Translations under genes and position numbers: made by a program
Assembly: GCA_013378385.1 (NCBI GenBank)
Contig: JACAFS010000008.1
Span: 1 to 25,780 of the forward strand
DNA: 25,780 nucleotides
Direction of reading: 5' to 3'
Source: Nitrososphaerota archaeon
GTDB taxonomy: Archaea; Thermoproteota; Nitrososphaeria; Nitrososphaerales; UBA57
The notes under the pieces: model-generated
Told to the model about the DNA's origin: nothing
What the model saw: the letters and a program-made list of their open reading frames with translations, nothing else
Databases searched by the model: none
In this document: positions 9,204 to 17,402 of the stretch, in pieces
How positions within the stretch are numbered: position 1 is the stretch's first letter
Layout of the letters: every line of letters begins with the position of its first letter

Positions 9204-9815
9204 ATGCAGTTATTGAGGAAAGGTAGATTCATTGTCATTGAGGGAATTGATCAATCAGGGAAAAAGACTCAATCGATATTGCTTAGAAATAGGTTAAAAA
9301 AGAAAGGATACAAAGTTGGATACATATCTTTTCCAAAATACAATACAAGCATAGGCAAATTAGTAAAAAAATGTCTTCATGATGATAGTTTTTCTCTAGA
9401 AATGTCGCATATATTACTATCAGCAAATAGATGGGAATCTGAGAAAGAAATAAGGTATAAATTAGAAAACATGGATTTTGTGGTCTGTAATCGCTATTGT
9501 GATTCAAATATTGCATATGGATTAGCAAATGGCTTGAAAAAGGAGTGGTTGGAAAATTTAGATTTAGGTTTGCCAAAATCGGATTTAACTATATTAATAG
9601 ACATTCCAATAACAGAATCAGTATTACGAAAGAGTGAGAATCGTGACAGGTATGAAAAAGATAAGAAATTTCTCAATAATGTAAAATCAAGGTATAAGAA
9701 ACTTGCAACTAAGAACAAATGGTCCAGAATAAAGGGAAATAAGAGTAAAGAAGAAGTAAGTAAAGAAATTTGGAATTTAGTTGTAAATAAGTATAAAATT
9801 AAAGATGTGAATTAG
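9204..9815 (+). CDS. tmk: Thymidylate kinase
   Basis: P-loop FIVIEGIDQSGKKTQ, a DRY-like NRYCDS region, and a size of about 200 aa. Confidence 0.9.
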   Translation: MQLLRKGRFIVIEGIDQSGKKTQSILLRNRLKKKGYKVGYISFPKYNTSIGKLVKKCLHDDSFSLEMSHILLSANRWESEKEIRYKLENMDFVVCNRYCDSNIAYGLANGLKKEWLENLDLGLPKSDLTILIDIPITESVLRKSENRDRYEKDKKFLNNVKSRYKKLATKNKWSRIKGNKSKEEVSKEIWNLVVNKYKIKDVN

Positions 9816-11087
9816 TTGAAAGATGGAATGATACAGATAAGAGATCCAGTACACGGATATATTTATGCGAATGAATTGGAATGTAATATAATTGATTCGC
9901 CGGTTTTTCAAAGATTAAGAAAAATTAGACAACTGGCATCCGCACACCTGACATATCCAGGAGCCCTTCATACAAGATTTGAACATTGTATTGGTTCTAT
10001 GTATTTAGCAAAAAGAGCAGCAAATCATCTAAAGTCTCAAGAAATAATCAATGAAGATATGAGTAATGAGTTATCTATAGCTGCACTATTACACGATATT
10101 GGTCATGGTCCGTTCTCTCATCTGTTTGAAGAAGTACTTCATGAAAAAGGAATGACGCATGAAAACATTACAGATCGTATAATTAGGGAAACAGAAATTG
10201 CAGATATCTTATCAAAGTTTGGAGTTAATGTAAAAAAGTTTTCCAATTTATGTGTAGGGACATCAAAAAATCATCCCAGATTTATGAACGATATAATTGC
10301 TGGATTTCTAAGTGTTGATTCAATGGATTATTTACTAAGAGATTCGTATTTTTCAGGAGTAGAATATGGAAAAGTAGATGTACACAGGATTATTGATGCG
10401 TATGAAATTGCAGGAAAGAAACTGGCAATAAATAAAGACAGCGTATATGCGCTAGAATCCTTAATGTTAGCAAGGTATGAGATGTTCAGAGCTGTGTATT
10501 TTCATAAAAGTGTTCGTGCGTCTGCAGTAATGATAATAAGAGCAATGAATTTATCAGATGAAGAGTTACATTTTACAGATCTCGATAATTTGGATGGTTT
10601 TTTACAATTAACAGATGAGAGAATTCTGTATGATATTTCAAATATTAATTCTAATAGTGAGAACTCAAAATTAGCAAAGAAATTAGTAATAGATTATACA
10701 AATAGAAAGATGTTGAAATTAGTCTTTGAAAAAATTGTCTTAGGAAAAGATAAATTTAGTACAAAAATATTTGCTCAAAGAAAATTTCGAGAGAATTTAG
10801 CAGAAGAGATTGCAGAGAAATCCAAGATACCGAAGAGTCATATATTCATTGATGTGTCAACTGCAACTTCAGTTCCTACGACATCAACAAAAGAATCTTT
10901 CAATGAAATTACAGTACTACTGAATAAGACGCGAAAGAAAGAATTTGAGATAACGAAAGCTACAGAATTGCCATTAATGAACGCAATATTAGGATATATG
11001 AATATAATTCGAATTTACACTACTGCAGCGTATAAAAAGAAATTAGATACAACAGTGAAAGGAATTTTTGAGAAAGAAGTTTTATAA
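9816..11087 (+). CDS. HD-domain metal-dependent phosphohydrolase (COG1078 / dNTP triphosphohydrolase-like)
   Basis: IRDPVHGYI, HTRFEHCIGSMYLA, LLHDIGHGPFSH and DSMDYLLRDSYFSG motifs. The start could be TTG at 9816 or ATG at 9828. Confidence 0.85.
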   Translation: MKDGMIQIRDPVHGYIYANELECNIIDSPVFQRLRKIRQLASAHLTYPGALHTRFEHCIGSMYLAKRAANHLKSQEIINEDMSNELSIAALLHDIGHGPFSHLFEEVLHEKGMTHENITDRIIRETEIADILSKFGVNVKKFSNLCVGTSKNHPRFMNDIIAGFLSVDSMDYLLRDSYFSGVEYGKVDVHRIIDAYEIAGKKLAINKDSVYALESLMLARYEMFRAVYFHKSVRASAVMIIRAMNLSDEELHFTDLDNLDGFLQLTDERILYDISNINSNSENSKLAKKLVIDYTNRKMLKLVFEKIVLGKDKFSTKIFAQRKFRENLAEEIAEKSKIPKSHIFIDVSTATSVPTTSTKESFNEITVLLNKTRKKEFEITKATELPLMNAILGYMNIIRIYTTAAYKKKLDTTVKGIFEKEVL

Positions 11088-11420
11088 TTCTTTAATATAT
11101 GATTTTATAGTTTTAAGAAGAGTAACTGCTGTTTCCGTTTTCAAGTCTTTTTTGATATATACAGATGAAATACCAAGACCGTCAGATAAATCACTAGCTA
11201 GTTCACTGATCAGTTGAGGAATCATAGGAGAAAACCTACTAGGAGTGATAATTGTAGTATTAACTAAATTTGATTTCTTTAAAGAAAGAGACATAGATCC
11301 TAAATTTGGCTCGTTTCCCTGAGTAAGAGATACAAAATATCCATTTGAATATTTTAAAATAAATAAGTGAAATGATTGATCGTCAACAGAAATAACTTCG
11401 TCGATTAACTTGTCGTTCAC
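11082..11420 (-). CDS. Hypothetical small protein (112 aa)
   Basis: Clean ORF with a GTG start and no motif I recognise with confidence. Its stop codon abuts the HD gene stop inside the palindrome TTATAA (11082..11087). Confidence 0.5.
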   Translation of the reverse strand: MNDKLIDEVISVDDQSFHLFILKYSNGYFVSLTQGNEPNLGSMSLSLKKSNLVNTTIITPSRFSPMIPQLISELASDLSDGLGISSVYIKKDLKTETAVTLLKTIKSYIKEL

Positions 11421-11442
11421 GTGATTATTATTAATTGTGAAC

Positions 11443-11450
11443 TTTTATAG
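11443..11450 (+). promoter_or_regulatory. TATA-box-like TTTTATAG upstream of tRNA-Arg
   Basis: Centred about 26 nt upstream of tRNA nt 1 (11473), which is the usual archaeal TATA-to-start distance. Confidence 0.35.
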
Positions 11451-11472
11451 TTTATTTAATAAACTTCATAAT

Positions 11473-11620
11473 GGGCCCGTAGCGCAGAATTATGAAAATA
11501 ATGCGTAATCTGGATTAGCGCGGCAGAAGATAGCCGATCCTCCTAATTCATGGCGACAGCTGTAGAGATTGAGTAATCAATCTTGGTTAGAGGTCGTGAG
11601 TTCAAGTCTCACCGGGTCCG
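11473..11620 (+). tRNA. tRNA-Arg (anticodon CCT at 11542..11544) interrupted by four introns (11488..11508, 11527..11538, 11546..11557, 11564..11590)
   Basis: Five exons (11473-87, 11509-26, 11539-45, 11558-63, 11591-620) join into a 76-nt cloverleaf:
- Acceptor GGGCCCG/CGGGTCC.
- D arm GCGC-AGTCTGGATTA-GCGC.
- Anticodon arm GCAGC-CTCCTAA-GCTGT.
- Variable loop AGGTC.
- T arm GTGAG-TTCAAGT-CTCAC, with G73.
Every insertion is flanked by a 4-bp helix with 3-nt bulges (BHB geometry); pairings are listed in the findings. CCA is not encoded. Confidence 0.75.
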
Positions 11621-12315
11621 TTATCAAAATTAGTTTTGTAATAATCCAGAATTGTATTTGCTTCGATAAACGTTATGTTGTTTTCTTTGGCCAGTTGTTC
11701 ACAATCGACAGCAGATTTAGCAGTAAAGGTTTGATTGTCCAATATTTCACACATAATTACTATAGGTATTAGATTAGAGACTTCACACAGAAATAAACTA
11801 AGTTCTGTATGGCCCTCTCTTGATTTAAGGAGGCCGGGAGAACCAATGAGCATTTGTAGATGTCCTGGTGATTCAAACATAGAATGAAAATCGCGAGAGA
11901 GATTATTGTTTGAATTATAGCCTTTGCATAGTTCGTGTAAAGAAGAAATTGTGCTAGAACGTTGTAAATCTGTTGCTCCTCCGAGAGTTCGATGATTAAA
12001 TGTTATAGAATGAGTAGAACGTTGTGATGTATTTCGATTTGTATTAACAAGATTACTTAACGAGGGGGATTTTGTTTGTAATAGAATATCCCACATATAT
12101 GAGAGATTTAATTTAGAGCCGATATCCGGAGAAATACCCACACAAAGAAGGCCTCCGCCAAGTTGCCTCATTTGATTAATTTTTTTTGGAGTGACGTGTT
12201 TGGCGGCAAGCATTATGTCAGTTTCATTTTCTCGTGAATCATCATCGTGTAAGAATATAAATTCGCCATTGTGAAAATTTTCTATAATTTCAGTCATATT
12301 AGGTTGTTTGTTCAA
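11602..12315 (-). CDS. ribB: 3,4-dihydroxy-2-butanone 4-phosphate synthase (riboflavin biosynthesis)
   Basis: FIFLHDDDSRENETDIMLAAKHVTP and GGGLLCVGIS match the RibB active-site region. The likely true start is the ATG at 12297 (MTEIIENF) rather than the TTG at 12315. The last 19 nt, including the stop, are antisense to the 3' exon of tRNA-Arg. Confidence 0.85.
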   Translation of the reverse strand: MNKQPNMTEIIENFHNGEFIFLHDDDSRENETDIMLAAKHVTPKKINQMRQLGGGLLCVGISPDIGSKLNLSYMWDILLQTKSPSLSNLVNTNRNTSQRSTHSITFNHRTLGGATDLQRSSTISSLHELCKGYNSNNNLSRDFHSMFESPGHLQMLIGSPGLLKSREGHTELSLFLCEVSNLIPIVIMCEILDNQTFTAKSAVDCEQLAKENNITFIEANTILDYYKTNFDNGPGET

Positions 12316-12409
12316 ATTACATTATCAATAGATTAACTAATTTTTTAAGATTTTAATTTTATAACAGACAATTTTATTAAAGGAAAGAAATATCAAAATA
12401 GTATAATAA

Positions 12410-12991
12410 ATGACAGATATTAATGAGTTTTTCAAGCGAATAAAGAGTAATTACCCATACTTCATGCCCATATTCAATGATTTATTCAAGGATTTAGATG
12501 GTTTTGAAGAAATATTTAGCGAATTTGAGCATGAAATGAATGACGATTTAGTCAATATGATAAATAAAATTGAATCTGAAGGCCGACATAGATCTGAGCC
12601 ATTTATTTATGGATATTCAATAAATATAGATGAAAATGGGAAAGCAGAGATTAATGAATTTGGCAATATAAAATCAAGTTCAGAAGGTGAAGAGAATCTA
12701 GAGGTATCAGAATCACGTGAGCCGTTAGTAGATATAATTGAAGGAAAGAATGCAGTAACGGTTGTAATTGAATTACCAGGTGTAGAAAAATCAGACATTA
12801 AAGTGGAGATAAAAGATTCAATAATTTTTGTAACGACGATAAATTCAAAGAATTATTATAAAGAGATTCCGTTAACAAGTAGAATAATTGCTAATTCGGC
12901 ACGAGCAAGATATAATAACGGCATACTGGAAATTATCATAAATAAAGATAATAAGAGTGATTCAGAGAATAACATAGTGGTAATAGAATAA
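12410..12991 (+). CDS. Small heat shock protein (Hsp20/alpha-crystallin family)
   Basis: Alpha-crystallin domain: PLVDIIEGKNAVTVVIELPGVEKSDIKVEI ... ARYNNGILEIIINK. Confidence 0.85.
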   Translation: MTDINEFFKRIKSNYPYFMPIFNDLFKDLDGFEEIFSEFEHEMNDDLVNMINKIESEGRHRSEPFIYGYSINIDENGKAEINEFGNIKSSSEGEENLEVSESREPLVDIIEGKNAVTVVIELPGVEKSDIKVEIKDSIIFVTTINSKNYYKEIPLTSRIIANSARARYNNGILEIIINKDNKSDSENNIVVIE

Positions 12992-13034
12992 AAATGAAGA
13001 GATATTTTAGTAAGCAGATGGTGAATTAGACACA

Positions 13035-13415
13035 ATGGCATTACCAGTAACTAGATGGGAACAAGATTCAAGAGAATGGATAACAGAGCTAGGTGCAAAT
13101 TACAAAAAGATGAAATTGCCTACTTTATCTGGATCGAGTCAAGAGACAGCTACAGTGAGTAAAGAAGGTAATACAGAATGTAAAAATTGCGGTGAAATGT
13201 TTGAAGTATGGGGTACAAATAAAACATCAGCTCCAAGCTATTGTAGTTTTGATTGTATGAAACAGTGGCTAGACTACCATATTGATAATAAAGATGCAAG
13301 TGTAAACGGAATTATAAAGAAAAAATCTTCAATGGGCATACCTCTAAATTCAAGATTGCCCGTAACTCGTTGGGATGGACCCAATAGAACATGGATTTCA
13401 AATAAAGCAGCTTAA
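13035..13415 (+). CDS. Small zinc-ribbon protein (CxxC-x17-CxxxC) bracketed by two LPVTRW-x5-R-x-WI motifs
   Basis: CKNCGEMFEVWGTNKTSAPSYCSFDC. The N-terminal ALPVTRWEQDSREWI and the C-terminal RLPVTRWDGPNRTWI are clear repeats. No function is recognised. Confidence 0.6.
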   Translation: MALPVTRWEQDSREWITELGANYKKMKLPTLSGSSQETATVSKEGNTECKNCGEMFEVWGTNKTSAPSYCSFDCMKQWLDYHIDNKDASVNGIIKKKSSMGIPLNSRLPVTRWDGPNRTWISNKAA

Positions 13416-13439
13416 GTGTAGGCACATGGAGTCCCTTTT

Positions 13440-13823
13440 ATGAGCAGTATAATCAAGTCTCTTCGGCGAATAGGAATAAATAATAATATTTCTCAAAAGG
13501 TTCTAACATCCTCCATATTTGTTTTTTTTAGTGGGTTTTTAATTTTCCTAGATACAGGTGGTTTTTTTATGTACGGAATTCCAAATGAGTTAATCGTTCC
13601 CATATACATAACGCAACTTGCTCTAACACCTGCTTATTTGAAGAGAAACAAATATGCATACATATTAGGAATAATTATAGCGGTTTTTGTTGCATTTGCT
13701 TATAGAGATGCAACTACAATAGCAAGAATTATACCTATATTGCAGTATTTTTTAGCATTTTTCAGTTTATTAGCATATAGAGAGGTAAAAGAATTAAAAT
13801 TAGGGAAGAAATTTAGAGATTGA
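13440..13823 (+). CDS. Small integral membrane protein, first gene of the ABC-2 operon
   Basis: About four hydrophobic segments. Its stop overlaps the ABC ATPase start by 4 nt. Confidence 0.55.
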   Translation: MSSIIKSLRRIGINNNISQKVLTSSIFVFFSGFLIFLDTGGFFMYGIPNELIVPIYITQLALTPAYLKRNKYAYILGIIIAVFVAFAYRDATTIARIIPILQYFLAFFSLLAYREVKELKLGKKFRD

Positions 13824-14743
13824 TAAATAATATAGTAATAAATATTGAAGGCCTAACGAAAACCTATGATAAATTTACTGCAGTAGATGAAATTTCATTT
13901 ACAGTAAACGAGGGAGAAGTATTTGCGCTTTTAGGTCCAAATGGAGCAGGTAAAACCACAACAGTGGAAATAATAGAATGTCTAAAGACGCCAGATAAGG
14001 GGAAAGTAGAGATATTTGGGATAGATTTGAAAGATAAGAAAAAACAAAATGATGTGAAAAGAAAGATTGGAGTCATGCCACAAAACTTCAATGCATTTGA
14101 TTGGTTGACGGTCAAGGAAAATTTAGAATATTTTAAAGACCTATATTCAAGCAAGATATCAACTGATGAATTAATTAATCGAGTTGGTTTAGGAGAAAAA
14201 ATGAATTCAATGTATAAAACATTATCAGGAGGAACTAAACAAAGAGTAGGAATAGCAATATCATTAATAAATGAACCAGAATTATTATTTCTTGATGAAC
14301 CAACTGCAGGATTAGATCCACAAGCTAGACGAGAGACTTGGAATTTAATTAGGAAATTGAAAGAACAGGGAAAAACTATTTTTTTAACAACGCATTATAT
14401 GGAAGAAGCTCAGGAATTATCAGATAGAATACTTATCATAATAGAAGGAAAGATAGTAGCAGGAGGCTCTCCAAACGAATTAATTGAAAATTATGGTGGA
14501 AATAAATCAGTAATATTAAAGAATTGTAATAAGAAGATATTAGAAGATCGTGGAATAAAGTATGAAACAGGCATGGAGAATCAGATACAAATAATATTTG
14601 ATAATAACGAGCAACTATTCAACATACTATCAGCTGTAACAGACGACCCAAATGTTGAGATTGAGATAAAAAAACCAAATCTTGATGAAGCATTCTTGAA
14701 TTTGACGGGAAGAAGAATTAATGCGGAAGGGTTGGCAAAATGA
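13820..14743 (+). CDS. ABC transporter ATP-binding protein (ABC-2/DrrA-type)
   Basis: Walker A GPNGAGKTT, signature LSGGTKQR, Walker B LLFLDEPTAGLD. Confidence 0.92.
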   Translation: MINNIVINIEGLTKTYDKFTAVDEISFTVNEGEVFALLGPNGAGKTTTVEIIECLKTPDKGKVEIFGIDLKDKKKQNDVKRKIGVMPQNFNAFDWLTVKENLEYFKDLYSSKISTDELINRVGLGEKMNSMYKTLSGGTKQRVGIAISLINEPELLFLDEPTAGLDPQARRETWNLIRKLKEQGKTIFLTTHYMEEAQELSDRILIIIEGKIVAGGSPNELIENYGGNKSVILKNCNKKILEDRGIKYETGMENQIQIIFDNNEQLFNILSAVTDDPNVEIEIKKPNLDEAFLNLTGRRINAEGLAK

Positions 14744-15819
14744 GAACTGCTTCAATAATTTTCACTGTGTTCAAGGGTCATTTCAAGGCGTGGCGAAGAA
14801 ACAAGACTACTTTATTCTGGACATTGGCATTTCCATTGCTATTAATGCTATTATTTGGTGGACTATTCTCTCTTCAATCGGATAAGATGGATCTATATAT
14901 TGAGAATAATGACATGAATCAAAATAATCCGTCAATGGCTTCATTGAGAATTATTCAACTAATTAATCAAACAGATTCATTCAATATAGAAGATGATGAA
15001 GGGAATTTAGAAGAACAAACTAGAACAATTGTAATACCTAAGAATTTTGAATCAAGATTAGAAGAAGGAAATTCGTCGATAAAGTTAATCATGGATGAAT
15101 CGCATCAAACGTTTCCACGAACGAGTTCATTGATAAATGGAGTAATAAATTCAATGAATGTCGAGAAGCAAGGGGTAGAACAGCCAATTGTTTTAATCCA
15201 AGAACAGATTTCTTCGAATGATATTAGTTTCATAGAATTCTTTGTGCCAGGAGTAGTAGGAATAGCAATAATGTCGACAGGAATATTTGGAACAATTGGA
15301 ACAAATACTAAATATAGAAAGAATGGAGTAATAAAAAAATTAGCGACTACACCGCTATCGAAATTTGAATGGATAATAGGATTAGTTCTATATCACATGT
15401 TAATTGGTATTATTTCAACTAGTGTTATACTAATTGTTGCAGTGTTAGTTTTTGATATAAATATGATTTTGAATCCAGTAATTATCATTCTGATTATATC
15501 AGGTGCATTAACATTTCCTGGAGTTGGTATGATTATTTCGACGGTTGTACGTGAAGAAGAAGAAGCAGATGCAGCAGGCAATGTAGTTACATTTCCTATG
15601 TTGTTCCTATCAGGAACGTTTTTTCCATTAGAAACAATGCCTACGTTTATTCAAGCATTCGCAAGAATACTTCCTCTTACTTATTTAAACAATGGATTAA
15701 GAGAGATAATGGTATATGGCAATTATCAAGCAGCTTTATGGAATTGCAGTATTGTGTTTGTAATTGGAATAATAGCAATAGCGATAGCAATGAAAGTAAC
15801 AAAATGGACTGATTTATAG
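14740..15819 (+). CDS. ABC-2 type transporter permease
   Basis: N-terminal TM segment, a large extracytoplasmic loop, then five or six C-terminal TM segments. 4-nt overlap with the ATPase gene. Confidence 0.85.
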   Translation: MRTASIIFTVFKGHFKAWRRNKTTLFWTLAFPLLLMLLFGGLFSLQSDKMDLYIENNDMNQNNPSMASLRIIQLINQTDSFNIEDDEGNLEEQTRTIVIPKNFESRLEEGNSSIKLIMDESHQTFPRTSSLINGVINSMNVEKQGVEQPIVLIQEQISSNDISFIEFFVPGVVGIAIMSTGIFGTIGTNTKYRKNGVIKKLATTPLSKFEWIIGLVLYHMLIGIISTSVILIVAVLVFDINMILNPVIIILIISGALTFPGVGMIISTVVREEEEADAAGNVVTFPMLFLSGTFFPLETMPTFIQAFARILPLTYLNNGLREIMVYGNYQAALWNCSIVFVIGIIAIAIAMKVTKWTDL

Positions 15820-15843
15820 AATCAGCAATTTATTGAATTAGAT

Positions 15844-16764
15844 ATGATTACAATAATTACCGGTGGTACTGGATCAATAAGATTATTACGAGGATTAAAT
15901 TCAATCATTGAAGAGGAAGTCAATATAATTGTGAATGTAGGAGACAATATTAATTTATTTGGAGTTTATATTTGTCCTGATATAGACACCACACTTTATG
16001 GGTTATCAAACAAGTTAGATATAGAGAGAGGGTGGGGAATAAAGGACGATACGTTCAATTTCTTAGAATCAAGAAGAAGGATTTCTGAAGAATCGTGGTT
16101 TCAGGTTGGAGACAAGGATTTAGCAACACATGTAAGAAGAACGAATTTAATGGAAAATGGGTTAAATTTGACAGAAGTAACGGACATATTATCAAAAGAA
16201 TTTGGAATAAAACACAGGATTATTCCCGCGTCTAATGACAGGATAGAAACAACAATAATTACAGATGACAGAGAAATGCATCTACAGGAATTCTGGGTTA
16301 AGAATAAAGGAAAGCCGGAGATATCTGATGTGATTTACAATGGAATAGATAACGCAAAGCCAGCACAGAATGTGATCAAATCCATCGAGGAAGCAGATAA
16401 AATAATAATTTCACCGGGTAATCCGATATCAAGTATAGGTCCAACAATATATATCAAACAGATTAGAGATGCGTTACAAAGAACTAATACTAAAAAGATC
16501 GTGATTAGTCCAATAATGAATAATAAACCAATAAGTGGACCTGCAGGAAGAATGATGAAAGCGAAAGGATATGAGGTCTCAGTTATGGGTGTAGCCGAGT
16601 ATTACAAAGATGTTATGACAGATATTGTGATTGATAGAATTGACAAGGAGAGTATAAGTGAGATTGAAAGGATTGGAAAAGTTGCACATGTATCGGATAT
16701 AATTATGAATGATAGATTAAAGGAGATACAATTAGCAGAGGAAGTAATGAAAATTTCAGAATGA
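15844..16764 (+). CDS. cofD: 2-phospho-L-lactate transferase (F420 biosynthesis)
   Basis: N-terminal ITGGTGSIRLLRGL, WGIKDDTF, and ISPGNPISSIGP, the motifs typical of CofD. It lies immediately upstream of cofC. Confidence 0.88.
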   Translation: MITIITGGTGSIRLLRGLNSIIEEEVNIIVNVGDNINLFGVYICPDIDTTLYGLSNKLDIERGWGIKDDTFNFLESRRRISEESWFQVGDKDLATHVRRTNLMENGLNLTEVTDILSKEFGIKHRIIPASNDRIETTIITDDREMHLQEFWVKNKGKPEISDVIYNGIDNAKPAQNVIKSIEEADKIIISPGNPISSIGPTIYIKQIRDALQRTNTKKIVISPIMNNKPISGPAGRMMKAKGYEVSVMGVAEYYKDVMTDIVIDRIDKESISEIERIGKVAHVSDIIMNDRLKEIQLAEEVMKISE

Positions 16765-17393
16765 AGATTGGAGTAATTATACCTGTTAAGAAGTTCAATG
16801 ATAGTAAACAGAGATTATCATCAATTTGTACATTAAAAGAAAGAATAGATCTGTCTAGAAGTATGTTGTTTGACATATGTGATGTGCTGATAAAATCAGA
16901 GTATTTTACAGAGATTGTATTAGTATCTTCAGAAGAGGAAATAACTCAATATGAAAGCTACGATGGTATTACGTATTTGAGAGAAAATGAAGTTAACGGT
17001 GTAGATAATGCCGTTGAATTAGGGAATAAATATTTTATAGAAAAAGGATTTGATGCAACAGTAGTAATTCCAGGAGATATTCCATTAATACACAATAAAG
17101 TATTAGATGAATTATTTAATTTAATAAAAGACAACCAGGTAATTATTACTCCGTCAAGAAAGAAAAATGGAACCAATCTACTATTCAGGAGTCCGCCAGA
17201 TGTCATAGGAACTTCGTATGATAATAACAGTTACTTCAGACATTTAGATATGATAAAAGCTAAGAATCTACAACATTGGATTTATCTAGAGGATTCGATA
17301 AGATTAGATCTTGATGAACCAGAAGATATTAAAATAATCAATGAAAAATTGTTAGATTCCAGAACAAAGAGTCTATTAAAAAAATTTAATTAA
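16761..17393 (+). CDS. cofC: 2-phospho-L-lactate guanylyltransferase (F420 biosynthesis)
   Basis: IIPVKKFNDSKQRLS N-terminus, PGDIPL, GTNLL; about 210 aa. 4-nt overlap with cofD. Confidence 0.82.
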   Translation: MKIGVIIPVKKFNDSKQRLSSICTLKERIDLSRSMLFDICDVLIKSEYFTEIVLVSSEEEITQYESYDGITYLRENEVNGVDNAVELGNKYFIEKGFDATVVIPGDIPLIHNKVLDELFNLIKDNQVIITPSRKKNGTNLLFRSPPDVIGTSYDNNSYFRHLDMIKAKNLQHWIYLEDSIRLDLDEPEDIKIINEKLLDSRTKSLLKKFN

Positions 17394-17402
17394 TCAAAAA
17401 TA

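Noticed and set aside
7585-11087. Helicase plus thymidylate kinase plus HD/dNTPase-like cluster as a candidate nucleotide-depletion defence system
   Set aside because: All three look like ordinary housekeeping enzymes with canonical motifs. They are embedded among core genes (thermosome, SRP54, ribB, tRNAs) with no mobile-element, toxin or nuclease partner. The helicase is divergently transcribed from the other two.
11523-11590. Alternative anticodon assignments for the interrupted tRNA: CAT (11549-51, Met/Ile), GTA (11562-64, Tyr, stem CTAAT/GTTAG), or CCT with stem CGATC/GATTG
   Set aside because: Each gives a plausible 5-bp stem by eye, but the implied splice sites do not fall in 3-nt bulges flanking a 4-bp helix. 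The CAT loop would have G37. Tyr would need C1-G72/A73, whereas the gene has G1-C72/G73. The GCAGC/GCTGT parse is the only one in which all four junctions match BHB geometry.
11569-11772. Plus-strand 67-aa ORF
   Set aside because: It begins inside the tRNA-Arg gene and otherwise runs antisense to ribB. It has no motif and is spurious.
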